This document shows positions 45,042 to 57,297 of a stretch of 64,000 nucleotides of DNA, piece after piece. How positions within the stretch are numbered: the stretch's first letter is position 1; every line of letters starts with the position of its first letter. This DNA comes from Paraspadella gotoi (taxonomy: Eukaryota; Animalia; Chaetognatha), in contig CM119263.1 in the NCBI GenBank assembly GCA_051294375.1, positions 20,488,115-20,552,114 on the forward strand, read 5' to 3'. The translations under genes were made by a program, and so were the position numbers. The notes beneath the pieces were generated by a model. The model ran no database searches. It was not told the DNA's origin and saw only the letters and a program-made list of their open reading frames with translations.

Positions 45042-46935
45042 TCAATTCGAGATAAGATAGTGGCGTGCGTGTTATATGGGATTTCTGTTTGGATTCCGGC
45101 GTCATTTGTCGTCTCATATGTCTACTATTACTGCTACTGTTAGTCATTGTTACTGTTACTGTTAGTTTTACATGTGCAAAAAATAATAAATACTCATTAC
45201 TCCGCCTCAGTCTTGTTTAAAAAAAAAGTATTGGAAAAGACCGATTGATGAATCCGATTGATGTCCCGAAATTTTATAATGTATTATAGAAATGGCATAT
45301 TAAAATGAGTTTAGCCTAAATAAATATTATCACGGAAGAATAATCCGATATTCCGTGTCCTTTGCTAATGTCCAGACTTCAAAGTACCTCAGTCGACGAG
45401 GTTCTAAACTAATGAAAAGAGTTTCCAAAAAACTAAATCTAAAATAAACGTTTCGTCGACAAATTTGAATCAAATCGTGAGGAGCAGTCATTCGATTCAT
45501 TTTGAAAGAGTAATGATAAAAAAATCTCTTCGACGAGGCCAGAGTAAATATTTTTTCAGCCCAGAAAAAAAAACATCGTTCATTCAAAACGTCAACGATT
45601 TCTTTTTATTAAAAGAAAGAATATATCTTTTTCTCGAAACTATTAAGCGCGAAACCCTTCTTCGTCAGAGGTCAAAACCGCCGACGCCTCCCAACTTTTA
45701 ATCGGCCATCGTTAATCGTTAATCGTTAATTAATCAGTTAATTCGCTTGAGACTCTAGTTAACTTTCTCTCGTGACTCGAAATTTAGGCCTGACCGAAAA
45801 ATTAAAACTTTGCATTTTTTTCTTTTGGTGAAGGAAATAATAGAAAATGACAAATATATGTATATTTCTTTGGGTTTAAATTAATTTTTTAAAGTAATTA
45901 GTTTAGAAATTAGCGGAATGAAAATATTTTTGAAATGTATTTCGTCAGTTTTCTATTTCCTCCTGACGCAATCGAAGAAAATTCATCTTCGGTTTTTCTC
46001 ATGAATATGTGAAATTTGGAGAAAATTTGAAATCAGGATTATAGATATGTAACACAATGTTTATCTTGTTCCAATCCAGATAAGAGTGTGTTGTTTACGC
46101 CAGTATTGTCCACTGACTCATAAACTATGTATGGTGGCATCGAAATTTTAAAGATACTCTCAAGGAAAAGTAAATACAAAATTGCTTAAAACCGCGTACT
46201 CGTTTGGTACCAGTTCAGTTCTAATTGGAGAAAATTTACTTGTTTTCATTATACTATTGACGCCATTGTAGTTGTCGCCTTTGTAAGAACATTATCAACG
46301 ACCCCCTCGGCTGTTGTTGTTGTGGTTGTTTCCTCGTTGTTGTTGTTTTCCACTCCTGTCTTTGAATTCTTCGTTCATCTCGAACGGAATCGAAGGAATT
46401 TCCTCTTCTACAGTCGAGTTCGGTTGACTCAAAACCGTTAATCCGATAATCACGTTTATTGTTTTTCCGAAGACAACCCCGAATTTCCCGACGTGCTTCT
46501 CTCTCTCTCTGTATCTCTCTCTGTATCTCTCTCTCTATATCTCTTTCCTAAATGGATGTGTAATTGTGTTATCTTATGCTAATATTAGAATTTCTAAATT
46601 GGAAGAACGACGGTAATCTTCAGAATCATAATTAAAAAGGTTTTAAAATATGAGTACAACAGCAATAAATTATTACGTTAATTTAACCAATTTCCGTCGT
46701 TTGATTAAATTTGAAATGTAAAATGATATGTAAATGAAAGGCAGACAGCCAAGTTTCAGAAAGTACAGATCCACTTTAATTTTAACGAGTCTCGATGTAT
46801 AATTAGTTTCAAAAATCTAGTTATTGAAATTTCAACTTGGAAAACCGGTCAAACTAGTACATGCATAGCAGATTCGACAGTGATATTCCAAGTTTGTTCC
46901 CCCATTTAACTCATAACTCACGTAACTTAGGCAAA

Positions 46936-49900
46936 ATGAAGCGTTTCGGATCAAAAAACCAGGGTCCCACAATCTGGGAGATTATTGTCCCCGACGGCCC
47001 CGGGCCGCGGATAACAATGATTTTCGCCGTCCTCGCTGTGACCGCCGGAATCATCGCCGTCATCGTCGTCGCCTCCTCATTTCCAGGTCGGAATGCTACG
47101 CCCAGTAGCGTGAAGACACAAGAAGTCGTCTCAGAAATTAATAACTGAATGTTAACTTACTTTTAATAACAGGCGAGGAGGAAAGTAATAATACAACTAT
47201 AACTAATGAAACAGACTCGATCAAACAAGAAGACTATTCCTCGCGAATTTGGTAATTGAGTGGAGCCATAGAATATAGCAGGAATAACGAACTGGCGCAC
47301 ATGTATAAGGTCCCAGACTTATAAACTATCGATATATTTTATTATTACATGTATACAGCATAATATACTAGTATACTATATTATTAGCATATACTAAGAT
47401 TTATTTTGATACAATTTCTATCAATTTTAGCATAAGGGCATTATGCCCCATGTAATACAGTATCTAAATTCATTTGGATAATCAGTATAGGGGGAATTAA
47501 ATATGATGCTTAACTGTCATTATGTCATTCTCGACCCATTATTTAATATACAGTGGTACCAAGGATGTAAAGACTTTTTCATACCGGCTACTCATCTTTG
47601 GAAGGGTCCTAAGGAAGGTATACTTTATAAATGAGGAGCTGACATACATGGTGACAATTTTATAAGCGCCGGTAGTAATATGCTGTCATTTGCAAACCAG
47701 TGGTTATTTCATTGATTTAAAAAATTAGTCGAGTAGAAAATACTAAAACTATTTATGTGTTAAAATTTTATATTGATCAGTTATGCCTTGACAATGAGTG
47801 GAGAAAGTTGGCTTTTCAAATTGGGTTTCATTTTCTAACTCACTGTTTTTAAATTCTTTTTTTTTTTTAACTTTTAGCACTTTTTTAAACAAAGTATTTA
47901 TTAAAATATTAACAATATTAATATCCTCAGAAAGCCCTTAAAAATATGAAGAGATTGATATACTTACGAAAGCTCTAACATAAAAAGTAAGCTGCCCAGC
48001 CTTGGGTCAATTAAGAGTATCAAAAGTGAATTATTTAAAATTTTAAATCTTTTTTCAAAATATATGACCTGTTTAAATTATCATAACAAAAAATATTATT
48101 ATTTATATAAGTATCATGAAAGAGCCTGGAAAAAAAGATTTAAGATAGCCAATCACTATTTTATAAAAATCTTAAATTTACTCTCCAGCTATTGATTTTT
48201 AAAAAGATATCTCGTTTTTAAATATCCTAATTAAATTAAAGCTGGGCCAGTTAAATTTTATACTACAGTATTCGTAAGTATATAATTCTCTTCATATTTT
48301 TAAGGGCTTTCTTAGGATATTAATATTGTTAATATTTTAATAAATACTTTGTTTAAAAAAGTGCTAAAATTTCAAAAAAAAATTGAATTTAAAAACAGTG
48401 AGTTAGAAAATGAAACCCGATTTTGCAAGCAAACTTTCTCCACTTATTGTCAAGGCATATCTTAACTGATCAATATAAAATTTTAATACATAAATAGTTT
48501 TAGTATTTTCTACTCAACTATATTTTAAAATCAATGAAATAACCACTGGTTTGAAAATGACAGCGTATTTCTACCGGCGCTTGTAAAATTGTCACCATAT
48601 ATAAGCAAAACATAAAGTAAAATGACCAATCAAATAATTTATAAAACTAAATTTTTCAGATATATCATTAAGTACAAATTATCAAAGAAAATAATAATTT
48701 TTTCTATGGGGGGTAAGTTTTAAGTCCGAACCCTGTACAAAAGTGTACATACGTACATATAAATATATTTTTTTACAAGTTGTAATTCCGTTTGTTTCCG
48801 TCTGGACTGACCTATTCTCAAAAAGGACGGCTCTGATTGTTCAGTGTTCATATTGTAGCAGCAGAATATTTAAAATTTTTTTTTTTTTTAAGAAAGCTTA
48901 TCATTTTAACGTTATATCTATATAAGAATTCTGTCAAATTGTAGCGTTTCCCCCTCCTGACCTTGTCAACAAATTTGTCAGGTATTTCGGTTACCCAAAC
49001 CACTATAAACCGTACAGCTTCACCGATGGAGGCAAGCTTCGCGGTCTTTCACTCAAGATAATGGACGCCGTTTGCAGGGAGGCGGGAATGAATTGCAAGC
49101 ATTTGTTGATCCCCTCCAAGCTTTGTTACGACAGAAAAACTGGTGGGTGCTATATAGCAGCAAACTTTCTGATTCTTTTGTTTTTCCATCTCGTAAACGA
49201 CATGTTTCGGTCTAATCAATAGAAAACTCTTTCCTTTTTAGAGAAATAAATCATCTAAAGTACTTTTCTTGCTTCGAAATGACATCAATTTGCTTCTACT
49301 TATTTTATTTAACTCCGTCACAGGTCACGGCGAGGCCTTGCAACGTAATTGGGTGGATGCCTGCGTTGGATTTTACAAAACGATCGAGAGAGTCAACGTC
49401 TTTTCAGCGTTCGCGCCACTCTACTTAAACGTCACCTCAAGAATGTTGGCCAAGACCCAATTGGTGCAACTCAAGGATCGGTCAGACAAAAAGATAGGAC
49501 TGGTTGGTCGTACATGAACAGAATTGGTTGAGCTCTTTATTTCTAAAGATAACTTCTAAACTTATTTACTGATGATTAAGGCGTAGTAAAATTTCTAAAT
49601 TTAACTTTAATTAAAATTCTAAAAGTGAAGAACGAACAACATTATATTAATGAACATTTATGTAATAAAAAAATTTATAATAAATTTTACAATTTACGCA
49701 GTAGGCCATATTTATACTAGTACTAAATCAATAAATGTTAAAATTTCACAACAGTTTTTTCTAAGATTTTTTTGCAGATTTGGATTCGTCATAAAAAATT
49801 GATAAAAAGAAATATAACTCTTTTTGAAAAATTCCTTCATTAAGTGGGTTAAAAATTAGAAAAAGCTATATTTTAAGCTGAAAATTAACTTTTATATATT

Positions 49901-51528
49901 AAATATAGTTTTTTTAATTTTTAACCCACTTAATGAAAGAATTTTTAAAAATGATTTATATTTTCTTTTATCAACTTTTGACGAGGAATTCAAATCTGCA
50001 ATCAAAATTAAGATAAGCTTATTTTGAAATTTTTCGATTTTATAAGGATAGTACTATATATAAATATAGCCTACTGCGAAAATTAAAAAGCATAAAATTA
50101 ATTTTTTTTACAAATTAATGTTCACTGATGGTATGTTGTTCATAATTGACTTTTAGAATTTTCGTATGTAACTTTCACTACGCCTTACTGATGATAGTAT
50201 ACTATAAAAATAAATAAATAAATACGTATATGGCAGTTGGGAGATGGTGATTAAATCAGCCATCATTGTGTTGTGTAACCAGATCGCGGATGACCACGCC
50301 GACCAAGAATGTCTCTTTAAAGTACTTAACGTCAGTTCCAATTCTTTCCCCGAATATCGGACTGTGGCGCAAGCCATAAAAGACTTGGAAGCCGGACAGG
50401 TGAGGAAATGTAATTATTTCGTTTAGTGGTTTTAATTTTAAAATATTACATTCATGATGAAAACAAACAAACAAAAATCTTTAGCAATATCAAAAACCCG
50501 CTTTTTTCTGAACCTTACAGATCGACGCTTTATTTCTTGCCAAGTACAACGAGGCTGTTCTGGATCTCTTGAAGTATGCAGGGCGAAATGTTTTTCTTTT
50601 AACTTGCGCCGCGAGTACTCGCGGAGCAACTCTATAAGACGCAACGCAAGCTAAAAGCTGAAAGAGAGTTCCACCGAGGCGAAAAAAATTATTATTGATT
50701 TCAGCCCATCTGAATATTTTTTTTTATTCCCTGAGTCTTTACGGAAGTTATCCTAAAAATCTATGCAAAACTGTTACAGGCTGTCGAGATACAGTAAAAT
50801 ACAGTGAATAATTTAATAATCCATTACCCATAAATATTATTGATACTAAACTTTGCCATTGCATAAAAAGTAATTTCGATCAATTTTTGTTAATTTCTGA
50901 ATTTCTGGCTGGGATTCTGTTTTCACATCTATCTTTATTCACTTTGACAAAGTACTTTTTTTTCAAATTCATTTTTTTTTGTAAAAAAAAATAAGTCTTT
51001 CTTAATAACCCTTTGAATCATAATAACCACATAGTGTTTTAAACCTAAAAGAAAAATTATAAATTATGTATATATTTTTTTAAAAGATTATTTGTTTTTA
51101 CTGCAATATGCAAATGAGATTATTATATTTTTAGCTTTTTATAACGGAGTATTTGGAAAACTTTTAAGAAATCTAACGCATGATCTTTCATGGAATAAAA
51201 AATATATTTGAAAACTTTTAGGGTAAAGAAGGAACACGATCTATTTCTAAGTACTGTATATCTTGCAACTATGTTTATTTGTAAATAGTCCACTTTTTAA
51301 TTTTATTATTAATCAATTTTATTTTTTATTTAAATTTTAGGTACACAATTATCCATGGTATATCCTTTCTTTTCGTTGTTGTATAGAGATTTACAGAGGA
51401 ATATTTGAATTGTTCCAACGATTTATTAATTAATAAATTGCAGACATGTTTCGACTTCAGAGATTTTCGAGTCTTCATCAGCGCTTTTGAACAGTTGTGA
51501 ATAATGGGACAATTTGTGAGTTAAAGAA

Positions 51529-51589
<61 letters not shown>

Positions 51590-52056
51590 AGAGGTTAAAG
51601 TTTCCAACAAAGAAATTGAGAGAGATTAGTGGTCAGTTCAGATACTCGCCCGCCTCACCGGTCAGGTGAGAAGAGGGCCGTCGGCAGCATATCAGGCCAG
51701 AGGGACATTAGGGTAGCTCTGGGTCTCTTTCTCAGGGATCGCTGCCCGAGCCAGCAAACTTGAGATCAAACCCCACTGTCCTCTCAGCCTAATGACGCGC
51801 CAATGACCCGGCACCAATCAGCCATGCCTTTCATTCATAAGACCTGGGGGCTTGCTCATTTTGACGTCTTTCATACATCTTATATTTTACTAAAATCTTT
51901 ACTTATCTATCCCTCTGAATTAAACTCTTATATTTCAATTTCATTCATTTCAAATTTTTCAAACTTCAAAATTAATTATTTGCAATTTTGTTATTAGACA
52001 CAAATCAAGTTTGTTTATTTTATCTTTGTTGTACATTGCTAATTAATTATTTTCTC

Positions 52057-52113
<57 letters not shown>

Positions 52114-52520
52114 TTCACACCAAAATTTCATTTCTTTTCACCACTTTATTCTATCTAGCCTAAACTAAATCTGTCCCTCTGAACTGACCACTAATCTCTC
52201 TCAATTCTTTTGTGGAAACTTATAACCTCTTCTGTCTCCTCTCTCTCCTCTCTCTCTCTCTCTCTATCTCTTTCTCTCTCTCTTTCTCTCCTCTCTCCAT
52301 CTTTCTTTAAACTCACAATTGTCCCATTATTCACAACTGTCAAAAGCGCTGATGAACGACTCGAAAATCTCTGAGTCGAAACATGTCTGCAAATTTATTA
52401 ATAATAAAATCGTTGGAACAATCAATTTCCTTGTAAAGGTACACATTAATAATGTACATCTTATTAACAATTATTTTTTCATTGTGGTAAACTTTTACCT
52501 TTTGAGCAAAATCAATTAAT

Positions 52521-52567
<47 letters not shown>

Positions 52568-54756
52568 CTTTTGCGTGTCTTTTATTATCTCTCTCTCTCT
52601 CTTCTTACTTTCTCTCTCTCTCTCTTTCTCTTTTCCGAACATTTTAACAGCAAGAGAGGGTACTAGACCGACGGTTTTTGGTCGATTAAAAAATAAAATA
52701 GTCTTTAAAAATTGGTAAGAATTAAGAAATAAATTTATTGTCTGTCTTTCAAACAGCTTATAAAAACACATCTACTCCACTTCATAAAAGTCAGTTTTTA
52801 GTCGGATCTGCTTAATCAGCAGATCCAGACTCTATAGTTCACTTTGTCGTTCGTCAGTCCGCCCCCTTAATATTGTCAGGCACTAACTTATATCATGACA
52901 GAATATCGAATTATGATCAATATGCAAAAGAAATGATGTCCGTCCGTCTATCTGTCCTGTCTGTCTGTCTGTCTGTCTGTTCTGTCCGTCCGTCCGTCAT
53001 CAGTCCTACCTTAGCAAAAAACACCAATTACTCGTTGATGGATGGATGGTTTTGAATAAAATTTTGTGTGTGGGTAGGGAAGTGTGTGATTGAGCTGGAT
53101 ATGAAGTTTCGATGGAATCGTCCGAGTGGAAATGAGTTGAAATGAAAAAAACAAAAAATATATTTCACTATTTGAACACCAATTGCTCATGAGTGAATGG
53201 GGCGATTGACCTGGAATTTTGTATGTGGGTAGGAAAGTGCGTGATTGAACAGGAAATCAAGTTTCGATGGAATCATTTGAGTGGAAATGAGTTTAAATGG
53301 AAAAAAACAAAAACCTGTTTCACTAATTGATTATGATTCTTTTTTTTATAATAAATGTATATGCAGGATGTATTAATAAATCAAATAATTAATCAGTTAA
53401 TTAATCAATTATCAATTAATTAATCAATAATTAATTAATCAGTCAATCAACCCGTCCAATCGGTCCGTCCCACCTTAGCAAAAAGCTCCGATAACTCGTG
53501 ATTACCTTGTTGGATTGAAATGAAATTTTGTGTGTGGGTAGGAAAGTGTGTGGTAAAGCTGAATATAAAGTTTTGATGGAATCGTGTGAGTGGAAATGGA
53601 AAAAACATAAGTCGCATTTACTAAAATCTTTTTACTTATTTTAATCAATAAATACTCTAATTAATCATAATTGGATGGATAGATTGAGTACAAACTTGTG
53701 TGTGAGTAGGAAAGTGTGTGACGAAGCTTGATATAAAGTTTCTGCTCTAACAGACTATGTATTAAAAATGCGTTTTTTAAACCATTTTGTGACAGTACCA
53801 TAATTTTGAAAACATACAGTAAAAAATTTTGTCACACTTTTTTTCATATTTTTAAAAGTTTTGTCAACGATTGGACCTTGTTAATCTTCTCACATGGAAA
53901 TGACGGTCCTTCACATTGTAACTGAACCTTCTGAGTACCAAATGGCTGCATAATTGATAATATTGGGTAAAGGAGTTGTCTCTGAGATCAATAAATTCGT
54001 GCAAAAGTAGTCTGAAACTCCCTTTTAGCTTTTATCTTGCATTACGACATAAGTCACTTTTCGGTCGTTCGATCCGTCGGTCCGTCGGTCTGTCCAACTT
54101 AAGTTAAAAATGCTCATAACTTGCTCATTTGTTAAGACAGGAAAAATACTCAAATCTAAGGGACGGCGAGCAACGCCTTCAAGAAATCCTAAAACTATCA
54201 AGAATAAAAAACTAAATTCCGATGCAGTGCGTGCTAAGAAAGTTATGTTAGTCGTGTAGTCATGTCACGTCTTCATGTAATGTCATGTCATGTCAAAAGA
54301 AACACGTGATATGGAAGTCACTGCGGCGCAACACATTTGAATTACCGTTCTTGTTTTTTTTTTTTTTAAGTTCTTCCTTTATTTTTTTTTTAAGTTTTCA
54401 TGGTTATTTATCATTTTTATTTTTTAATTTAAGAACTAACCTATTTACTAAGCTATTAACAAAAAAAACTTTCAATGAACAAGAATCATCCAATTTTACT
54501 TTAAAACTACGCGATCGCAATTTCTTGCATTTGAACTCGGTTGTGCTCCAGAAACTCTCCCTTTCCAAGCGTCCAGGGAATGGAGGAGCTCCGATGCTCC
54601 ATCGACGGCTCTGGCCTTTTAGCCAGCCAGGGCAGCCCAGTGGAATCTTGGTTCCCTCCGGCTCTGCAGAAAATCAAAGACTCCGGAGCATTTGAGAGAT
54701 TTTGTGGCGAGGCGAGGACAGAATACGAGAAACCAGTCGATTGCTTCTTTGATTGA
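46936..54756 (+). CDS. Single-pass membrane protein with extracellular bacterial-type solute-binding domain (SBP family 3 / PBP2), paralog 1, ~314 aa; exons 46936-47086, 47173-47251, 48982-49142, 49324-49502, 50283-50399, 50521-50573, 54552-54756
   Basis: N-terminal hydrophobic helix; YKPYSFTDGGKLRGLSLKIMDAVCREAGMNC, KTIER, KKIGL, LEAGQIDALF, ALQKIKDSGAFERF match HisJ/LAO-type motifs; phases consistent (945 nt); exon-by-exon homology to paralog 2. Confidence 0.85.
47647..48599. mobile_element. Tc1/mariner-type MITE (family A), copy 2, in intron 2 of SBP paralog 1
   Basis: TIR catggtgacaatttta(t/c)aagcgccggtag; TA flanks; lacks the nested hAT of copy 1. Confidence 0.85.
49577..50187. mobile_element. 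hAT-type MITE (family B), full length, in intron 4 of SBP paralog 1
   Basis: TIR taaggcgtagt/actacgcctta; perfect 8-bp TSD ctgatgat. Confidence 0.92.
51440..51484 (-). ncRNA. Minimal type I hammerhead ribozyme
   Basis: gcg-CUGAUGA-a-GACU..AGUC-GAAA-cAUg-UC-ugc on the minus strand. Confidence 0.75.
52346..52390 (+). ncRNA. Minimal type I hammerhead ribozyme
   Basis: gcg-CUGAUGA-ac-GACUC-gaaaaucucu-GAGUC-GAAA-cAUg-UC-ugc; GUC cleavage triplet. Confidence 0.75.
52795..53745 (+). mobile_element. Second DINE-1/Helentron-like family with internal tandem repeats (3' end not found)
   Basis: tttttagtcggatctgc..gcagatccagactctata 5' hairpin, (GTCY)n microsatellite, four repeats of (aatt)ttgtgtgtgggtaggaaagtgtgtga at ~53060, 53215, 53523, 53695. 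Confidence 0.6.
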
Positions 54757-54938
54757 AGTCAAATAATTGGTGTGAGAGACAGTTTGTTTATATTATGTGT
54801 TAATTATATTTATGTATGTATTGTTTCTGACATATTTGATATAAACCTGTTTGCGTTGTAATTTGAAAATTATTTTGCGTCCTCACAGGTGTACTTGTAA
54901 CATGTAACAATAACAATAAAAAGGATAACTATAACAAA

Positions 54939-57198
54939 ATGAAGGCGGCGAAACTGTCCCGCCGAATAGCGGAGCCTGTCTACGTTGATGACGGCCCGAG
55001 CGCTCGTCTCTCTTTAATCCTGTCCGTGTTTTCGTTGATCGCTTCTTTGCTCACTATCATCGTTGTATTATCAAGTACAGTCATTATTATTCCATAATAT
55101 ACGAAAATTATTAAATGTGACAATAAAACGACAAAGTATACTGACCGACACCACAAGAGGTTAAATTACAATTTTAAAAAATGATATAGTAAACACTACA
55201 CTACACTACATTTTTCAGCCCAAGTTGGGAATTTTCAATATCAAAATAAACGTTTTAATTAGTTTTTATCTGAGCATACGATGACATGGAAAATTCCTGT
55301 GTAAAAAATCTAAACCTCATCGTTTCTAGTTGATGTTTCTACGCCGGTTGACATCAAACGGTCAATTCCAGAAACTTATGAGTTTGAACCAGAAACTCAT
55401 CCAAATTCGCGAATCTGGTACTATATTGCAATTTAATTTCAAAAATCGAAAAGGTTAATTTTTTTTTTAATATTCTTTAAAAATTATTTACAGGGTGTTC
55501 GGATATCCTCCCGACTACAAACCGTACAGCTTTCTGGACAAAGGAGCTTTGCGCGGCCTCTCCATCAGAGTCATTGATGCGGTTTGCCAGTTGGCAAAAA
55601 AGAATTGCAGACACATGCTGGTTAATTCCCAATTTTGCTACGACCCCGAAACGGGTAAGTTCTTTCTCGACGACGAGTCAAGTCATGGACAATTAGACAA
55701 TAGGCAATAGACATGCAACATGAATATGGAACGAGTAAGAAATAATAATTTCTAAATTAATAAAAACTTTATTTCTTGCTCGAAGTACTAGATTCGTAAT
55801 ACAGTCTTGTGCAAAAAAAGAGGCCATACTAAAACATTAAGCAAATAAATCATGTTATATTCCTTTATTATGAATAAGGCTAGCTGACTAAATTAAAATT
55901 TGAATGAGAATAGTATTAAAAAATCAATTATTTGGATTAGATATTGTTTAAAAATATTTTTTTGCAAAAATGTTTTGAACCATGAGTAATTTGCTAATTA
56001 AAATTATTATATTGCTATATAATATCAAAAAAATATTTTAATATTTTAAGTTTTTTTAGTTGATTCTGATAGAGCTCAAAAAGTTAAACAAAAAATGTAA
56101 TTACAACTTTTTAAAATTTTAATGTTTTAGTAGCAAAGATTAGCAAAAACTGTTAAAATTATTTTATGATAATAATAATTTTTTTCAATTTTGACCTATT
56201 TATAATCAAAATATTGAAAAAATTATACTTTAAGTAGACAACTTTTTATAAGCTATCCGAATCGGCTTTTAAAAAAATAAAATTTAAAAAAAATTTTATA
56301 TTTTTTTTATAAATAAATATTTTAAAAAATATTTTAATTTTTTCAGAAATGTCTAAAGTTTTTTTTGGAAAGGTTTCAAAATCAAATTTCTAACCCACCC
56401 TGACATAAGTTGACATAAGTTGACATAAGTTGGCCCTATAATAAAAATATTGTATAAGTTAATAATATTAAAACATAAAAAAACATAATTAGTATAATTT
56501 TTTTTAAAAATTAATATATATGAATAAATTAAGGTCAAAAAAGGCTCCAGTTTTTTATAATCTTTTTCCTTATTTTTTTAATGGTGTATGAATTCTTTTT
56601 TTAAAAATCTATATTTACCATGCATCATTTTTTTATAATATGTGAGTAAAGATATGCAATTTAAGACTTAAGAGCGGCCTCTTTTTTTGAATGATAATTA
56701 AGATTTTTTATAATAACATAGTCACTTCGAAATTCACCCCCTCTTCCCCCAGAGCATGGTCGGGCGATATTGGACAACTGGGTGGACGCTTGCGTGGGAT
56801 ACTTCAAGTCGGTCGAACGCACCAACTCTCTCGTCGGCTTCGCCCCTTTGTACAACCGAGTCACATCGCGGTTTCTCGATTTAACTAAGAGTTTTACCAT
56901 CAAGGAACTTTTCAACTCAACGATTAAAGTTGGCATGGTATGAATGCGATTAAATGTTAGGTTTTTGTCACTCATAAGTCATAACACTTTAATGTAATTA
57001 GTACAATCAATTTAAAAAATCCACTTCTTCGATAAATAAGCAATCTAAGCAATATAATGTGACTCACCTCCGAAAGCTGGCGGGTTTCTTTGCGGGCGAG
57101 TCGTGTCTGCATCCTGGAGGAGTCAACCTCGACGTCGTCCACAAATTCGAATCCGTAGACTCAGCTGTCCAGGGGTTGAGGGATAGATCGGTGAGATG

Positions 57199-57297
<99 letters not shown>

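Larger units (their letters stand above)
51390..52437. mobile_element. Penelope-like non-autonomous element with inverted ~250-bp terminal repeats, each with a hammerhead ribozyme
   Basis: 51390-51642 is the reverse complement of ~52188-52437; hammerheads at 51440-51484 (-) and 52346-52390 (+). Confidence 0.8.
50638..54048. mobile_element. Non-autonomous TIR element with 4-bp TSD (ataa), containing further insertions
   Basis: Imperfect ~33-bp TIR gacgcaacgcaagctaaaagctgaaagagagtt vs rc gtcgtaatgcaagataaaagctaaaagggagtt; ataa at 50634-50637 and 54049-54052. Confidence 0.65.
50600..54353 (+). mobile_element. DINE-1/Helentron-like element (family D) copy 2, split by a 3.4-kb nested insertion
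   Basis: 5' ttgcgccgcgagtactcgcggagcaactctataa at 50604; body resumes at 54049 with (GTCY)n and ends ctgcggcgcaacacatttgaattaccgtt. Confidence 0.75.
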
